DNA of 64,000 nt. Origin: a virus. Lineage: Duplodnaviria > Heunggongvirae > Uroviricota > Caudoviricetes. The stretch lies in IMG/VR virus record IMGVR_UViG_3300022660_000042; one strand, written 5' to 3'. Every line of letters starts with the position of its first letter. Positions within the stretch are counted from its first letter, which is position 1. A model generated the notes under the pieces. The model made no database searches and was not told the DNA's origin. It saw nothing but the letters and a program-made list of their open reading frames with translations. Of the stretch, positions 52,479 to 61,715 are shown in pieces. The position numbers and the translations under genes were made by a program.

Positions 52479-53795
52479 TTAATCTTGTTTCAAAGTTACA
52501 TTAATTTCATAACCCTTACCGTACTTATAGTTAGGAATATACTTAGTAATGAATTCTTCGAAATATTCCTTATTTTCCGGATAAGTAAGGTTATAAGTAT
52601 TACCGTCCATATCTTCTTCAGCTAGGTCGTAATTCAATTCTTTACTACAGAACTTAGTCCAGTTTTCCGGAGTTCCTGTAATCTTGAGAGCCCAGGTTCT
52701 TTCGGAATATGTGGTAAAGTAAGTAATATAGTTGGAATTTTCACCATATGGACCATAGTGACCCCAGTCTGCAACCGGTTCTTCATCAACATCCTGAGAA
52801 ACAGTAGCTTGTGTATGCTGTTCGGAAACATTCAAACCGAAATCGGCAAAGAAATCCTTGATAGCAGCAGTATCTACCCATGTCCAAGATTTACTAGAAT
52901 CAAAATCGGCCTTTCTGTGAATCATACCAATGGTAGTGCTACCCATTTGTTGAGCATCCTTACCGAGTGCATTAGCTTCAGCACGTTTTTTCATAGCACG
53001 CTGAAGCATTTCCTTACGGGTTTCAGCAGTCTCCTTCGGAGCTTCTTCACCCTTCTTAGGTCTGTAATCTTCAAGACCATAGGCCTTTGCATTCATGTGA
53101 TATGTTCTACGGCCTTCCGGTGTACGATTGTCCGCAGCCTTTGTCGTTTCGTGCTTAATGTAAGTATTGACAATAAGAGTAATTTCGTTAGTTGCTTCGT
53201 TGAGAACCGCTTCATAGCCTAGACGCTTGAGGGTTTCAAGTGCTTCTTCAACTTTGTTTTTACCCTTATCAGACTTCTTAGACTTAAACGCAAACCACTT
53301 GGACTTCTTGTTTTTCTTCTTACCTCCACAGCAGCAACTTTCGTTTTCGAGGTTCGTTTCTGGATCCACATAGGAATCATCTTCGAGACCTGTTTGCTGT
53401 TCGTCCTGGACTGCCTGTTCTGGAGTACCGAACATCTTAACGAATTCATCATAAGAAGTTTCATTGAACCATACCGGAATTTCAGTATCGTTCATTTCCG
53501 CCTTCCAAAGTTCATCGTCACCGTCAAACGGATAATTGAGGTCCTGTAAACCATTTACCGGCAATGCGTCATGCCAAAGAGTATACTGGTCATCTTTACC
53601 GCCGAGTGCTTCGTATTCTTCGAACCAATCATTACCGGTCTTTCCGGAATTATCACAAGAACCGTCAGCACAAGAACCGTCGCCGCATTCATTTATGAAA
53701 TTATTGCGGAAAGCACGGAATTCATTCCTGAACTTGAATTCTGCAGGAAGTGAATCTAAATGTTGTTCATCGTGAGAATACATTAACACCTCCAA
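52479..53795 (-). CDS. hypothetical protein (acidic N-terminus, CCCGGKKKNKKSK basic patch)
   Basis: 438-aa ORF. Confidence 0.5.
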   Translation of the reverse strand: MEVLMYSHDEQHLDSLPAEFKFRNEFRAFRNNFINECGDGSCADGSCDNSGKTGNDWFEEYEALGGKDDQYTLWHDALPVNGLQDLNYPFDGDDELWKAEMNDTEIPVWFNETSYDEFVKMFGTPEQAVQDEQQTGLEDDSYVDPETNLENESCCCGGKKKNKKSKWFAFKSKKSDKGKNKVEEALETLKRLGYEAVLNEATNEITLIVNTYIKHETTKAADNRTPEGRRTYHMNAKAYGLEDYRPKKGEEAPKETAETRKEMLQRAMKKRAEANALGKDAQQMGSTTIGMIHRKADFDSSKSWTWVDTAAIKDFFADFGLNVSEQHTQATVSQDVDEEPVADWGHYGPYGENSNYITYFTTYSERTWALKITGTPENWTKFCSKELNYDLAEEDMDGNTYNLTYPENKEYFEEFITKYIPNYKYGKGYEINVTLKQD

Positions 53796-53798
53796 AAA

Positions 53799-54176
53799 TT
53801 AAGCGGTGAAAGTATTCTTAGCGTTAGAAATGTCAACACCAATGTGACGGAAAAGGTCAACCATTGTACCACCGGCAGTAAGACCGATTTTCTGGTCAAC
53901 GAAGTTTTCGTACTTGGCCTTGGCGTCAATAGAATCGAACTGGTCTTCGGAAACGACCTGATTCTTAGCATAGTCGACAATAGCCTGAACGAGGTCCTGA
54001 GCAAGGTTCTTGAAACCTTCCTTAAGGTCACCATTCTTAACATACTGTGCAATCATGCTAGCGGCACCACCCATCGGAGCTGCAGCAGGCTGAGCCTGAG
54101 GAGCAGCGGCAAGAGCAGCTTCTTCGTCGAGCTTCTGACGCATATAGGTCTTGAAATCTACATCTTTTAAATCCAT
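53799..54176 (-). CDS. hypothetical protein
   Basis: 125-aa ORF with an Ala/Pro/Gln-rich linker. Confidence 0.45.
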   Translation of the reverse strand: MDLKDVDFKTYMRQKLDEEAALAAAPQAQPAAAPMGGAASMIAQYVKNGDLKEGFKNLAQDLVQAIVDYAKNQVVSEDQFDSIDAKAKYENFVDQKIGLTAGGTMVDLFRHIGVDISNAKNTFTA

Positions 54177-54202
54177 AATTGTTTCTCCTAATTTTTTATT
54201 AT

Positions 54203-54553
54203 TTATAGTTCCTTGGCCAGTTCCTTAACTGCGTCCTTGTATTTCTTGATAAGAATACGAGATTCCGCACCGACTTCAAGCAAAGCCTGTCCAGCCTTAA
54301 AAATTCGCTTGTTTGCCTTCATCAATGTCTTGATTTTGCCCTTATTTTTACTTCCGGTAAGAGTGAATGTTACTTCGCCTCCCTTAGAAACAGTAATAGA
54401 ACCAATTTCTCCGGTTTCATCGGTACAAGTCATTGAATTGTCGACGATTTTAATCTTGGAGTCCCTATAAAAACTGTACTTGAATCCAGCCTTTGTAAGA
54501 ATATCCAAGATTTTGTTTAATTTTGGGTCAATTTCTTTAAAATCTCTAGTCAT
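54203..54553 (-). CDS. hypothetical protein
   Basis: 116-aa ORF. Confidence 0.45.
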   Translation of the reverse strand: MTRDFKEIDPKLNKILDILTKAGFKYSFYRDSKIKIVDNSMTCTDETGEIGSITVSKGGEVTFTLTGSKNKGKIKTLMKANKRIFKAGQALLEVGAESRILIKKYKDAVKELAKEL

Positions 54554-54570
54554 ATATTATTTATAGAAGG

Positions 54571-55086
54571 TTAGTAAAATTTGGCATTTTTATATACATA
54601 GAAATCGACGTCAAAATCGTCTCCTTCCTGACCATGTGCTTCACCAGTCTTTTCCTTTTTCCAAAATTTTTCATCTACTTCTGGAAAGAAAACGTCTGCT
54701 TCCGGGAATTCCTGATTTACTTCCGTAATATAGAGATAGTCTACACAGCCCGTATTCATCATCTGGCGATATATTGTAGCTCCGCCTATAACAAATACTT
54801 CCGTCTCGTTTTTTGAGGCCACGTAGTCCATTGCGAGCTGTAAAGTGGGCTTTACGACACAACCTTCTGCCTTATATTCAGGATTGCTTGAAACTACTAC
54901 ATTTGTTCGATTCGGAAGAGCCTTGCCTATAGATTCAAAACAGCGACGGCCCATAATGACACAGTGTCCGCTGGTTAGTTCCTTGAAATGCTTCAAGTCA
55001 GATTTGATATGCCAAGGCATACAATTTTTGGAACTTATACCGATTTCGTTTTTAAGCCCCTTGGCAACGATTAAACTAATTTTCAT
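54571..55086 (-). CDS. frd: dihydrofolate reductase
   Basis: MKISLIVAKGLKNEIGISSKNCMPWHIKSDLKHFKELTSGHCVIMGRRCFESIG... carries the canonical DHFR N-terminal signature (IxLIxA...IG...LPW...D...F...T...VIMGR). Confidence 0.85.
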   Translation of the reverse strand: MKISLIVAKGLKNEIGISSKNCMPWHIKSDLKHFKELTSGHCVIMGRRCFESIGKALPNRTNVVVSSNPEYKAEGCVVKPTLQLAMDYVASKNETEVFVIGGATIYRQMMNTGCVDYLYITEVNQEFPEADVFFPEVDEKFWKKEKTGEAHGQEGDDFDVDFYVYKNAKFY

Positions 55087-55408
55087 ATTCTAGTCCTTCA
55101 AATTCAAGTTGTCGTTCTTTATACATTTTACGACTTTCACGAGTTTTAATTTTTCGTTTTTCTGTTTCTTTCATCTTAATATATTGATGAGCATTAACAT
55201 GCCTGTAACAATACTTAAGACACTTACCCATTTTAATAAGCAGCAAATGACAGATATGATGTTCTTTCGGAGAAAGCTCGATTTTATTTTCTTTCTTGTT
55301 ACTTCCGCCTTCAGACCTTGGAATTATGTGATGGTTTTCTATTTGTCCTATTAATAATCTGTTTTTTGCTCTTTCAATTATTCTATTATAGATTTTCTCG
55401 TAATCCAA
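55076..55408 (-). CDS. HNH endonuclease (free-standing homing-endonuclease-like)
   Basis: HHIIPRSEGGSNKKENKIELSPKEHHICH matches the HNH motif. Its 3' end overlaps the frd start by 11 nt. Confidence 0.7.
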   Translation of the reverse strand: MDYEKIYNRIIERAKNRLLIGQIENHHIIPRSEGGSNKKENKIELSPKEHHICHLLLIKMGKCLKYCYRHVNAHQYIKMKETEKRKIKTRESRKMYKERQLEFEGLEYEN

Positions 55409-55409
55409 A

Positions 55410-55871
55410 CTAATATCCTTTGTTGGAGGTTGTAGACAATTCTCTCAGAGCGTTCTTTTGAATGTCATTCGACATAAAGAATTCTGACGGAATACCAAGT
55501 ATTTCACCGATGTATTCGTTTTTAATTCGATAACAGCTTCTAACTCTCTCCTTTCTATACATTTTCAAGCCATAACCAATATTTGAATAACATCTATTGA
55601 GCTCATAGCCATTGAAAATAGTTGGAACGTCCTTATCCATAATATTCTTCATTTTCTGCATATTAACAAGTATCTTCATAACAATATCGGTATTGAAGTA
55701 ATGAAAATTTATTCCAGCAAAATGCGGATCCATCGGAGGTGCAAAAGCACAGTAAATAACTGGCGATTTATCACTTCCGATAATATCTTTTGCCTGATAA
55801 TTGAATGTATAAAAATAGCCAGCAATAACTTGACTGGTATATACAAGCGCTTCATTAGTATCAACTGCCAT
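55410..55871 (-). CDS. hypothetical protein
   Basis: 153-aa ORF; not thymidylate synthase (no PCH motif). Confidence 0.45.
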   Translation of the reverse strand: MAVDTNEALVYTSQVIAGYFYTFNYQAKDIIGSDKSPVIYCAFAPPMDPHFAGINFHYFNTDIVMKILVNMQKMKNIMDKDVPTIFNGYELNRCYSNIGYGLKMYRKERVRSCYRIKNEYIGEILGIPSEFFMSNDIQKNALRELSTTSNKGY

Positions 55872-55917
55872 ACGTTATTTATGTTAATATAGCTTTATTT
55901 TAATAACAATAAACAAA

Positions 55918-55943
55918 AAACTCAGTAATAATACTGAGTTTTT
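55918..55943. terminator. rho-independent terminator hairpin
   Basis: AACTCAGTA-ataa-TACTGAGTT with flanking A/T runs, downstream of the acidic-repeat gene. Confidence 0.55.
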
Positions 55944-55966
55944 GAATATAAAGGATTGTTTATCTA

Positions 55967-56833
55967 TTACTTCTTAAGAGCAGCCTCACGAAGTTCCTTC
56001 TTAGCTTCTTCGATACGCTTTCTGATTTTTGCATTGATAGCAGTCATAATCGGATCAAAGAGTAAGTCAAAACGGGATTCGTTGAGCTTACCGATGAGGT
56101 AATCGCTCTTGGCGTTCAAGTAACGACCCTTACGATGCCAGTAGTTATAGGCTTCAGACTTAGTAGCGTCGTCTTCAGAAGTATCTTCTTCTTCAGCTTC
56201 GCCTTCGCCTTCGGAACCTTCTTCAGATTCACCTTCGCCTTCAGTACCTTCTTCGGATTCGCCTTCACCACCTTCAGTACCTTCTTCGGATTCGCCTTCG
56301 CCTTCAGCACCGTTATCTTCGTCGCCGAGTTCAGCATCGCCGAAATCTTCAGTAGCAGCATCTTCGGATTCGCCTTCACCTTCACCTTCAGAACCTTCGT
56401 CGTTATTGTTACCAAGGTTTTCTACCTTGTCAGACAAAGTTTGAATAGCGGTGGTAAGGGTGGTAAGAATGTCCTTAAGTTCGGTAGTAACTCCGGATTC
56501 GTCTTCCTTAGAAGAACCGTCGTCTTCTTCACCTTCGCCCTTGAAATCTTCGAGGTTGTCGGAATTTTCTTCGCCTTCACCTTCAGTGCCTTCTGCATCA
56601 GAAGCAGATTCATCGTCAGAAGCACCTTCGCCTTCAGCACCTTCTTCTGGTTCTTCAGAAATATCGAGATCTGAATTCTTTTCGTCCTCGTTAGAAAGTT
56701 CTTCGAGGTTTTCTTCACCAGTAGAATCGTCGGAAGTTACCGGCTTTTCTTCGTCACCATCCAAGAAACCTTCGTTGAGGCCCTTCTTGTTGGCACGCTT
56801 CCATTCTTCAAAAATTTGCTGTTCGTTTTTCAT
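55967..56833 (-). CDS. highly acidic low-complexity repeat protein (EGEGESEEGTEG repeats)
   Basis: 288 aa with a Glu/Gly/Ser/Asp-dominated core; underlying ~27-30 nt tandem DNA repeats (ttcgccttcggaaccttcttcagattc...); folded basic C-terminal segment. Confidence 0.55.
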   Translation of the reverse strand: MKNEQQIFEEWKRANKKGLNEGFLDGDEEKPVTSDDSTGEENLEELSNEDEKNSDLDISEEPEEGAEGEGASDDESASDAEGTEGEGEENSDNLEDFKGEGEEDDGSSKEDESGVTTELKDILTTLTTAIQTLSDKVENLGNNNDEGSEGEGEGESEDAATEDFGDAELGDEDNGAEGEGESEEGTEGGEGESEEGTEGEGESEEGSEGEGEAEEEDTSEDDATKSEAYNYWHRKGRYLNAKSDYLIGKLNESRFDLLFDPIMTAINAKIRKRIEEAKKELREAALKK

Positions 56834-56893
56834 AATTTAAAATCCTCTATATTCTTATTTATAAAAATTTTAAAAAGGCTCGTTTTTGCAAAA

Positions 56894-57298
56894 TTAAAGG
56901 GTATTTCTAAATGTTAACATTTCTGGAGAATTATACATTTCGTTAAATTTCTTGGTAAGTTCTACACACTTCATGAAACTTGTCGTGTTATTTGTAATAA
57001 TATCACGGAAATCCATGTAATATTCATCAAGAGTAGTCTTATAGTTCTTGCTGAGCTTGAACATATCCAGAACTGCTGCATTCTTAAATTCCTTCTTGAG
57101 CTGCTTGATAGTTGCCGGAGTCAAAGTCTTGATATAGCGTTCAACACAGTCAACTGCAACCTTAAGAACAACATCAGCCTTAATTTCTTTCTTATCGGCA
57201 CAAGTGATAAGACGTGGGCTAATGAGAGTGTAAATCAATGGATTGTTTTCCATCGAACTAAACTCTGCAGATTCATTCATTAAGTAGTCTCTTAACAT
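56894..57298 (-). CDS. hypothetical protein
   Basis: 134-aa ORF. Confidence 0.45.
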   Translation of the reverse strand: MLRDYLMNESAEFSSMENNPLIYTLISPRLITCADKKEIKADVVLKVAVDCVERYIKTLTPATIKQLKKEFKNAAVLDMFKLSKNYKTTLDEYYMDFRDIITNNTTSFMKCVELTKKFNEMYNSPEMLTFRNTL

Positions 57299-57645
57299 AT
57301 TATTTTTCCCTTCGAACTCTTATATTGGTATTTTGCCGCAATGCTAGCAAGCGACAAAGCCATTTGATTCAATGTTTCCTTGATGTCTTTAATATCAGCC
57401 TTAACTGTGGATGTTTCATCTTTCAAATACGAAATATCCTTTTGCATCAATTCTTTTTCAATTTCTAACTTATTAATTTTATCTTTGTACTTGTCATCAA
57501 GTGCCTGGATTTGAGACTCTCTCGAAGCACTTGTAGACTTACGTTGGAAGTAAATAACCAAATACACAAATGCACAACAAAAAATAGTAACCACTATAGC
57601 CAATGCGTTTCCTGAATCAATAATTTTTAAAACCAAATTCTCCAT
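57292..57645 (-). CDS. membrane protein with coiled-coil region
   Basis: N-terminal TM (ALAIVVTIFCCAFVYLVIYF), then a K/E-rich heptad-like segment. Confidence 0.45.
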   Translation of the reverse strand: MENLVLKIIDSGNALAIVVTIFCCAFVYLVIYFQRKSTSASRESQIQALDDKYKDKINKLEIEKELMQKDISYLKDETSTVKADIKDIKETLNQMALSLASIAAKYQYKSSKGKIIC

Positions 57646-57660
57646 AATGCGAACCTCCTT

Positions 57661-58440
57661 TTAATTATTTATTTTATTTTTTAAAGCGTTCACATCTTGT
57701 TTTAGAACCGTATTTTCGTTCTTAAGTGCATCAATTTCAATCTGTAATTCATGAACTTTATTGTATAAAGTTTGAATAGATGCGAAATTATCACTAAGTG
57801 CAGAAAATACCTGGTCACATTCTTTATTAGTTACGAGAGTCCATGGATAACTAGCCTCGTCTAATGGATTTCCAGAACCAGCATATGTAACATCTAAAAC
57901 TTTATCTATTGCAATTCTTGCATTAGGCGAAAGTCTTAATACGTTATTTCTAGTTCCGTTTCCAGCAAAATAGTTTGGATCTGCATAAACAGCACTAAGA
58001 TGTGCGCTAGCTGCAGAACAATATTCCTTTTGGTCAACTTTAGCAGAAATAGCAGAAAGTTGCTCATAAATGTTTGGAACATATTGCGCAGAAGACCACA
58101 TTTCATAGTTGTCACCAACAATCAATGCAGCCGAAACCATTTCAGAAAGACCAGATAAAGCGGTTAATCCACTAAGAGCCCCAATATCGAGCTGTGCAAA
58201 GGCACTAACTGCAGAAATTGTATTCCACATGTCAATATCTTGATATGTCACACAAACACATTCATCAGCAGAAGGCGGACAACAAGGCATATTCCAAGGA
58301 ACTAGCGCAGCTGGTTCAGAATCATTCCAATGATGCCAATATCTATAATGCGGCCAGTCAGGATGAACGTGCGGACCTGGCCAATCCGGGCCGTATGGAC
58401 TCGGATAATGTGGTGGAAATGGTGGATAACCGTTATTCAT
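57661..58440 (-). CDS. hypothetical protein (Pro/aromatic-rich N-terminus, C-terminal coiled coil)
   Basis: MNNGYPPFPPHYPSPYGPDWPGPHVHPDWPHYRYWHHW...; C-terminal LQIEIDALKNENTVLKQDVNALKNKINN. Confidence 0.5.
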   Translation of the reverse strand: MNNGYPPFPPHYPSPYGPDWPGPHVHPDWPHYRYWHHWNDSEPAALVPWNMPCCPPSADECVCVTYQDIDMWNTISAVSAFAQLDIGALSGLTALSGLSEMVSAALIVGDNYEMWSSAQYVPNIYEQLSAISAKVDQKEYCSAASAHLSAVYADPNYFAGNGTRNNVLRLSPNARIAIDKVLDVTYAGSGNPLDEASYPWTLVTNKECDQVFSALSDNFASIQTLYNKVHELQIEIDALKNENTVLKQDVNALKNKINN

Positions 58441-58460
58441 ATTATATTTATAAATTTTGA

Positions 58461-58484
58461 AAACACCCTGATTTTGGGTGTTTC
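58461..58484. terminator. rho-independent terminator hairpin
   Basis: AAACACCC-tgatttt-GGGTGTTT. Confidence 0.55.
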
Positions 58485-58509
58485 AAAACTTTTTATATAA
58501 ATTATTCTA

Positions 58510-58920
58510 TTAAAGATACCTAGAAGCAATGTCCATAGAATAATCAAATGCTGTCTTCTTTGGCTGTTCTTCAGCAGGAGCAGGAGCCGGAGCAGCAGAT
58601 GTTTCTGTGCCAGTCGGAGCCGGAGCTGGATTTGCTTCAGGAGCCGCAGGAGCAGCAGGAGCCGGAGCAGGATTTGCTTTAGGTGCAGGAGCAGCGGCCG
58701 GTTTTGTTTCCGGAGTAGCAGCCGGAGCCGGAGCTTCAGCAGGCTTAGCGGCAGGAGCCGGTTCATCAGCCTTACGAACATTATAACCAGCAGCCATTGC
58801 GATATTGCGAGCCTGTTCTACTTCATCCTTCGGGAGTTCAACGGTATAACCGCTGTTGCGAACAATACGCTTTGCTCTAATAATATCTTCAACACTGTAA
58901 TCACTCATATTTTTCCTCAC
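58510..58920 (-). CDS. hypothetical protein with Pro/Ala-rich linker
   Basis: 136 aa; PAPAAKPAEAPAPAATPETKPAAAPAPKANPAPAPAAPAAP. Confidence 0.45.
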   Translation of the reverse strand: MRKNMSDYSVEDIIRAKRIVRNSGYTVELPKDEVEQARNIAMAAGYNVRKADEPAPAAKPAEAPAPAATPETKPAAAPAPKANPAPAPAAPAAPEANPAPAPTGTETSAAPAPAPAEEQPKKTAFDYSMDIASRYL

Positions 58921-58947
58921 TATGTTTTAATTGTTATAACTTATTTA

Positions 58948-60357
58948 TTAAATTTTTGCGGTGCCATATTTCTTGGCAGTATCATCATTCTTTGCCCAGG
59001 CATTTAATGTTCTCCAAATCTTTTCACAACGTTTTGCGATTTGGGAATCCGGTTCTTGAATGATTTTAATTGCAGTCTGAGTAACAGAAAGGAATTCACC
59101 AGTTTCCTTATCATAAAGAACTGAATTACTTCCTGTATCATCACTGAAATATTCAACTTCAATAGGTTCTTCAAGTCTATCAGGGTAAATCTGAACTAAG
59201 TCACAACCCTGTCTCATATATACATTTCCTTCTGCGTCGACTTCAAGACCATCTGCAAGTTCATCAGTTGTAAATAACTGATTATTAACGGATCTGTCTC
59301 TATTCCATGCAGCTTGAATTGCATCTTTCTTTTGAGAATAATATTGAACCATTTTGTTCTTTTTCCAGGTTTCTTTACTTGTAAGTTTAGTCCAGCTAAA
59401 CTTACCGTCTTCAGTAGTCACATCGGACCAAGAAATTCCGCCCGGGAAAATATTTTTAGAAAGGTCAAATGCATTATTTGCCTTGCTTAATTCTGTCGGA
59501 TTAACCAGAACATCACACATCGTATCAATGTCATTTATACAGTCATTGATTGTCGACGTACTTCCTTCGATTGCACCATAAGTGCTATTTTTATATTCCG
59601 GGTCAACATACCAAGTATCTCCGCTCTTCGTAATGTGCATTGTGGCGCATGCATTAGCATAATAATTACTGGAAGTTGCGATAGAAGCACATGTTTCATC
59701 GGAATCAATAACGCAGTTAAACAAACCTTCGATTTTGTTAAGATAATCGACAATACCTGTACTGAAAGTCCATTCAAGGAACTGTTCCAAGAATTTTTTA
59801 ATAGATTCAATTTTCTTGTTTACTAATTCACGATTGACAAGAAGTTGTTTTTTGAGACCCAATAAAATTTGCTTAATAGTTTCAACACCGAAACTAAATG
59901 TAAAACCGTAATTACAAACCGTTTTCTGGAATGTTTGAATATCTGAAAGAATTTCACGAATATTATTAAATAAATCCGCATTTACAAAATTATCTTTACA
60001 TTGCTTTGTAAACCATTTATCCAACTGTTTAAAAAGTAAGGAACTTGGGTCAAGAAGTTCATTAACGAAAGTCAAGCAGTCGAAAAGACGGTTACACCAG
60101 ATATTATGTCCAGCACTGTCTTGAGCTGACGGATCATATATCATATCCGCCAGTTTCTTTTGATATAGTCGCACCGCATCTACAGCGGTTTCAATTAACT
60201 TTGCAACTGTATAATTCCATAAGGTAATAAGAGACTGAGCCAAAGCTTCAATCTTTTCGAGCATACCTTTTGCCATTTCCTGATATGCTTCAATAGCACC
60301 GCAAATGACCTGAAAGGTTCCGTAAATATATGTACATATTAAAGATGTAACGCTCAT
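58948..60357 (-). CDS. hypothetical protein (possibly virion-associated)
   Basis: 469-aa ORF. Confidence 0.5.
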   Translation of the reverse strand: MSVTSLICTYIYGTFQVICGAIEAYQEMAKGMLEKIEALAQSLITLWNYTVAKLIETAVDAVRLYQKKLADMIYDPSAQDSAGHNIWCNRLFDCLTFVNELLDPSSLLFKQLDKWFTKQCKDNFVNADLFNNIREILSDIQTFQKTVCNYGFTFSFGVETIKQILLGLKKQLLVNRELVNKKIESIKKFLEQFLEWTFSTGIVDYLNKIEGLFNCVIDSDETCASIATSSNYYANACATMHITKSGDTWYVDPEYKNSTYGAIEGSTSTINDCINDIDTMCDVLVNPTELSKANNAFDLSKNIFPGGISWSDVTTEDGKFSWTKLTSKETWKKNKMVQYYSQKKDAIQAAWNRDRSVNNQLFTTDELADGLEVDAEGNVYMRQGCDLVQIYPDRLEEPIEVEYFSDDTGSNSVLYDKETGEFLSVTQTAIKIIQEPDSQIAKRCEKIWRTLNAWAKNDDTAKKYGTAKI

Positions 60358-60383
60358 TATTATCCTTGTTGTAGTATATATAG

Positions 60384-60935
60384 TTATTTATCTTCTAAGT
60401 TCTGTAACTGCAATTCGATAGTTTCGTAATCGAATGTGCAAGCAAAAGTACAAATATCCGAAGTACCATATTCAAGAGAGACATTTTGAAGGTTAGTCAA
60501 AATTGCATGCTTGAATTTCATCTTTGACTGAATCTTATTGTCATTGTTTAACGAAACGATTTCAATGGCGTCGATACAGTCCATACGTAAAAGTTCTTCG
60601 CCTTTAAGGCTCTTCTTTCCGCAAGTTTCACCATGACGCATAGCGTCAATCCAACAATAGAAATAATAAAAATTCTTTAACTCTTCATCAAGCTTGAATT
60701 CGACAGTAATAGACTGGAGTTCACGAGCACCAATCGGATTCGGGTGCAACTGACGTTCATGCATATACATGGAAGTAAGCATGGGAATAGACAAATCCGG
60801 AATACTGACCGAGCGAACATAGTTGTCAAGAATATGAGTATCTAAGTCGATACCTGTAAAATTAACAAGATTCGAGAATCGCACCACGAATTTGTTTTTA
60901 TTAAAATCATTAATACTGGTTGTAATTCCTGCCAT
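60384..60935 (-). CDS. hypothetical protein
   Basis: 183-aa ORF. Confidence 0.5.
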   Translation of the reverse strand: MAGITTSINDFNKNKFVVRFSNLVNFTGIDLDTHILDNYVRSVSIPDLSIPMLTSMYMHERQLHPNPIGARELQSITVEFKLDEELKNFYYFYCWIDAMRHGETCGKKSLKGEELLRMDCIDAIEIVSLNNDNKIQSKMKFKHAILTNLQNVSLEYGTSDICTFACTFDYETIELQLQNLEDK

Positions 60936-60966
60936 AATTATCCTCTGATTATATTTATAAACGAAA

Positions 60967-60995
60967 AAATCACCCCTCCAGGAAGGGTGATTTTT
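60967..60995. terminator. rho-independent terminator hairpin
   Basis: AATCACCC-ctccaggaa-GGGTGATT followed by TTTT. Confidence 0.55.
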
Positions 60996-61010
60996 GGAAA
61001 TGAATAAAAA

Positions 61011-61715
61011 TTACTTATTACTTACAGAAGTATCAACCTTGGAAGTATTTGCGAAGTTGTAAATAAATCCGTATGGTGCTTTCTTCTTAATAAGCGTTGT
61101 TAAGCGGCTAATAAACTTCTTAAAGAAATTTTCTCCTGCTCCAGAAATAGTCAACTTAATGAAGTCTTGTTTTTCATCGCCTTCGATTAAATCAACGTTT
61201 ATTTTAACAGGATTGTCTTCCTTATCAAGATTTTCCAAATAATTATCGGAAATTACCTGAATTGCTTCCTTAAGATTCTGTTCGATTTTTTGAACAACAA
61301 CGCCCCTAAGTTTTTCATTAGAGAAATCAAAACCAGTTTCTTTTTCGGCTTCAAGAATAATACTATCCAAATCTAAACCAAAAGCTTCAGAAACATTAAT
61401 TTCGATAAGTTTGATGTTGGAAAAACTTTTAATCTTATTGATAATTTCAGTATATTTTTTATTTGCACCAGCCTTATCAAATTCGCCTTCCGGTGTCTGC
61501 ATATTACCAAGGGATTCAATAGCTTGCTTAATATTTGACTTATTGATAGCAACTTTATAGACAAAATTACGGCTGTTCATTTCCTTAACTTTGTCCTGCT
61601 TATCCTGTTCGTCTTTTTCTGCCTGTGCAATGTCGAATTTATCTTTTGCAATCTTTGCAACACGATCGAAAAGTTTTTGTGCTTTAAAAACGGATGCTTC
61701 AAATAAATTTGTCAT
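61011..61715 (-). CDS. hypothetical protein
   Basis: 234-aa ORF; ATGA overlap with the upstream gene. Confidence 0.5.
   Translation of the reverse strand: MTNLFEASVFKAQKLFDRVAKIAKDKFDIAQAEKDEQDKQDKVKEMNSRNFVYKVAINKSNIKQAIESLGNMQTPEGEFDKAGANKKYTEIINKIKSFSNIKLIEINVSEAFGLDLDSIILEAEKETGFDFSNEKLRGVVVQKIEQNLKEAIQVISDNYLENLDKEDNPVKINVDLIEGDEKQDFIKLTISGAGENFFKKFISRLTTLIKKKAPYGFIYNFANTSKVDTSVSNK

Noticed and set aside
55410-55871. Thymidylate synthase next to frd
   Set aside because: The 153-aa product lacks the TS active-site PCH motif and is too short. Left as hypothetical.
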